DNA from: the human T2T-CHM13v2.0 reference genome, Homo sapiens
Length of the DNA stretch: 64,000 nucleotides
Reading direction: 5' to 3' (one strand)
Assembly: GCF_009914755.1 (NCBI RefSeq)
Contig: NC_060935.1
Of the stretch, positions 62,566 through 64,000 are shown piece after piece. Below the pieces are notes generated by a model, which saw nothing but the letters and a program-made list of their open reading frames with translations, had not been told where the DNA came from and made no database searches. The first letter of the stretch is position 1. Each line of letters opens with the position of its first letter. A program made the translations under genes and the position numbers.

Positions 62566-64000
62566 ACCCAGTAATGCAATTGCTGAGTCAAATGAGGCAA
62601 ATCCTATATCTTTGAGGATTTGCCACACTGTCTTCCATAATGGTTGAACTAATTTATACTCCCACCAAAACTGTGAAAGCATTTCTTTTCTCTGCATCCT
62701 CTCCAGCATCTGTTATTTCTTGATTTTTTTAAATAATTGCCATTCTGACTTGCATGAGATGGTATCTTCCTGTGGTTTGGCTTGCATTTCTCTAATAATC
62801 AGTGAAGTTGAGCTTTTTTCGTATGCTTGTTGGCCACATGAATGTCTTCTTTTGAGAACTGTCTGTTCATGTCCTTTGCCCAGTTTTTAATGGGATTGCC
62901 TGTTTTTTTTCTTGTACATTTGTTTAAGTTCATGGTAGACTCTGAATATTAGATCTTTGTCAGATGGGTAGATTGCAAAAATCTTCTCCCATTCTGTAGG
63001 TTGTCTGTTCAGTCTGATCATAGTTTCTTTCTTTCTTTTTCTTTTTTTTTTTTTTTTTTTTTTTTTGGGAGACGGAGTCTCTGTCACCCAGGCTGTAGTG
63101 TAGTGCAGTGGTGTGATCTCAGCTAACTGCAACCTCTAGCCCCTGGGTTCAAGTAATTCTCTGCCTCAGCCACCCAAGTAGCTGGGATTACAGGTGCCCA
63201 CCACCACGCCCAGCTAATTTTTGTATTTTTAGTAAAGACAGTGTTTCGCCATCTTGGCCATGTTGGTCTTGAACTCCCAACCTCATGATCCACCTGCCTC
63301 AGCCTCCCAAGAGCTGGGATTACAGGCATAAGCCACCGCACCTGGCCTCATGATAGTTTCTTTTGGTATGCAGAAGTTCTTTAGTTTAAGTATGTCTGTT
63401 TTGTCAATTTTTGCTTTTGTTGCAATTGCTTTTGGCATTTTCACCATAAAATTTTTGCACTTGCCTATGTCCTGAATGGTATTGCCTAGAGTCTCTTCTA
63501 GGACCTTTACAGCTTTGGATTTTACATTTAAGTCTTTAATCCATCTCGAGTTAATTTTTCTATAAGGTCTAAGGAAGGGGTCCTGTTTCAATTTTCTGCA
63601 TATGGCTAGGCAGTTCTCCTAGCACCATTTATTAAAGAGGGAATGTTTTCCCCATTGCTTGTTTTTGTCAGGTTTGTTGAAGATCAGGTGGTTCTAGGTG
63701 TGCAGTCTTATTTCTGAGTTCTCTATTTTGTTCCATTGCTCTACATGTCTGTTTTTGTACCAGTACCATACTGTTTTGGCTACTGTAGCCTTCTAGTATA
63801 GTTTGAAGTCAGGTACCATGACATCTCCAGTTGTGTTCTTTTTGCTTAGCAAAAATTTTAAAATAGTTTTTTTCTAATCCTGTGAAGAATGTCAATGGTA
63901 GTTTAACTGAAATAGCATTGAATCTGTAAATTACTTTGAGCAGTATGATCATTTTCACGTTATTGATTCTTCCTATCCATGAGCATGGAATGTTTTCTTA
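62561..64000 (-). mobile_element. Antisense L1 ORF2 segment lacking its 3' end, running off the window
   Basis: Minus-strand ORF2-like peptides ([29 protein letters not shown]). Confidence 0.88.
63031..63347 (-). mobile_element. AluS nested in the L1
   Basis: Poly-T and reverse Alu; TSD atagtttcttt. Confidence 0.9.

Overview
This is human genomic DNA (it carries a human-specific AluYb8 and an L1HS-type element) from the MS4A/CD20-like tetraspan gene cluster. On the + strand it holds the last five coding exons and 3' UTR of MS4A12 (2211-~8570) and all of MS4A13: a CpG-rich promoter at ~16.3-16.7 kb, a 5' exon at 17106-17221 and five coding exons from 19223 to 43961 giving 152 aa. The rest is mostly transposable elements: an SVA, several Alus, THE1/MLT1/LTR22-type LTR elements, L2/MIR, a full-length young L1 with intact ORF2 and ORF0, and a nest of L1s in the last 18 kb. 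There is no CRISPR array, rRNA or tRNA, and I found no new multi-gene system. The most notable observations are: (1) a THE1 provirus integrated with two inverted U3 ends, a perfect 5-bp TSD and its junction at the polypurine tract; (2) a strong-Kozak, in-frame upstream ATG of MS4A13 closed by one TAA, which looks like a lost N-terminus; (3) a ~1 kb L1 3' transduction ending at a borrowed LTR polyA signal; (4) an inverted Alu pair, one a human-specific Yb8, bracketing an in-frame MS4A13 exon; (5) a short SVA 3' transduction. Gene and repeat subfamily names come from recalled consensus sequences, not from a database search.
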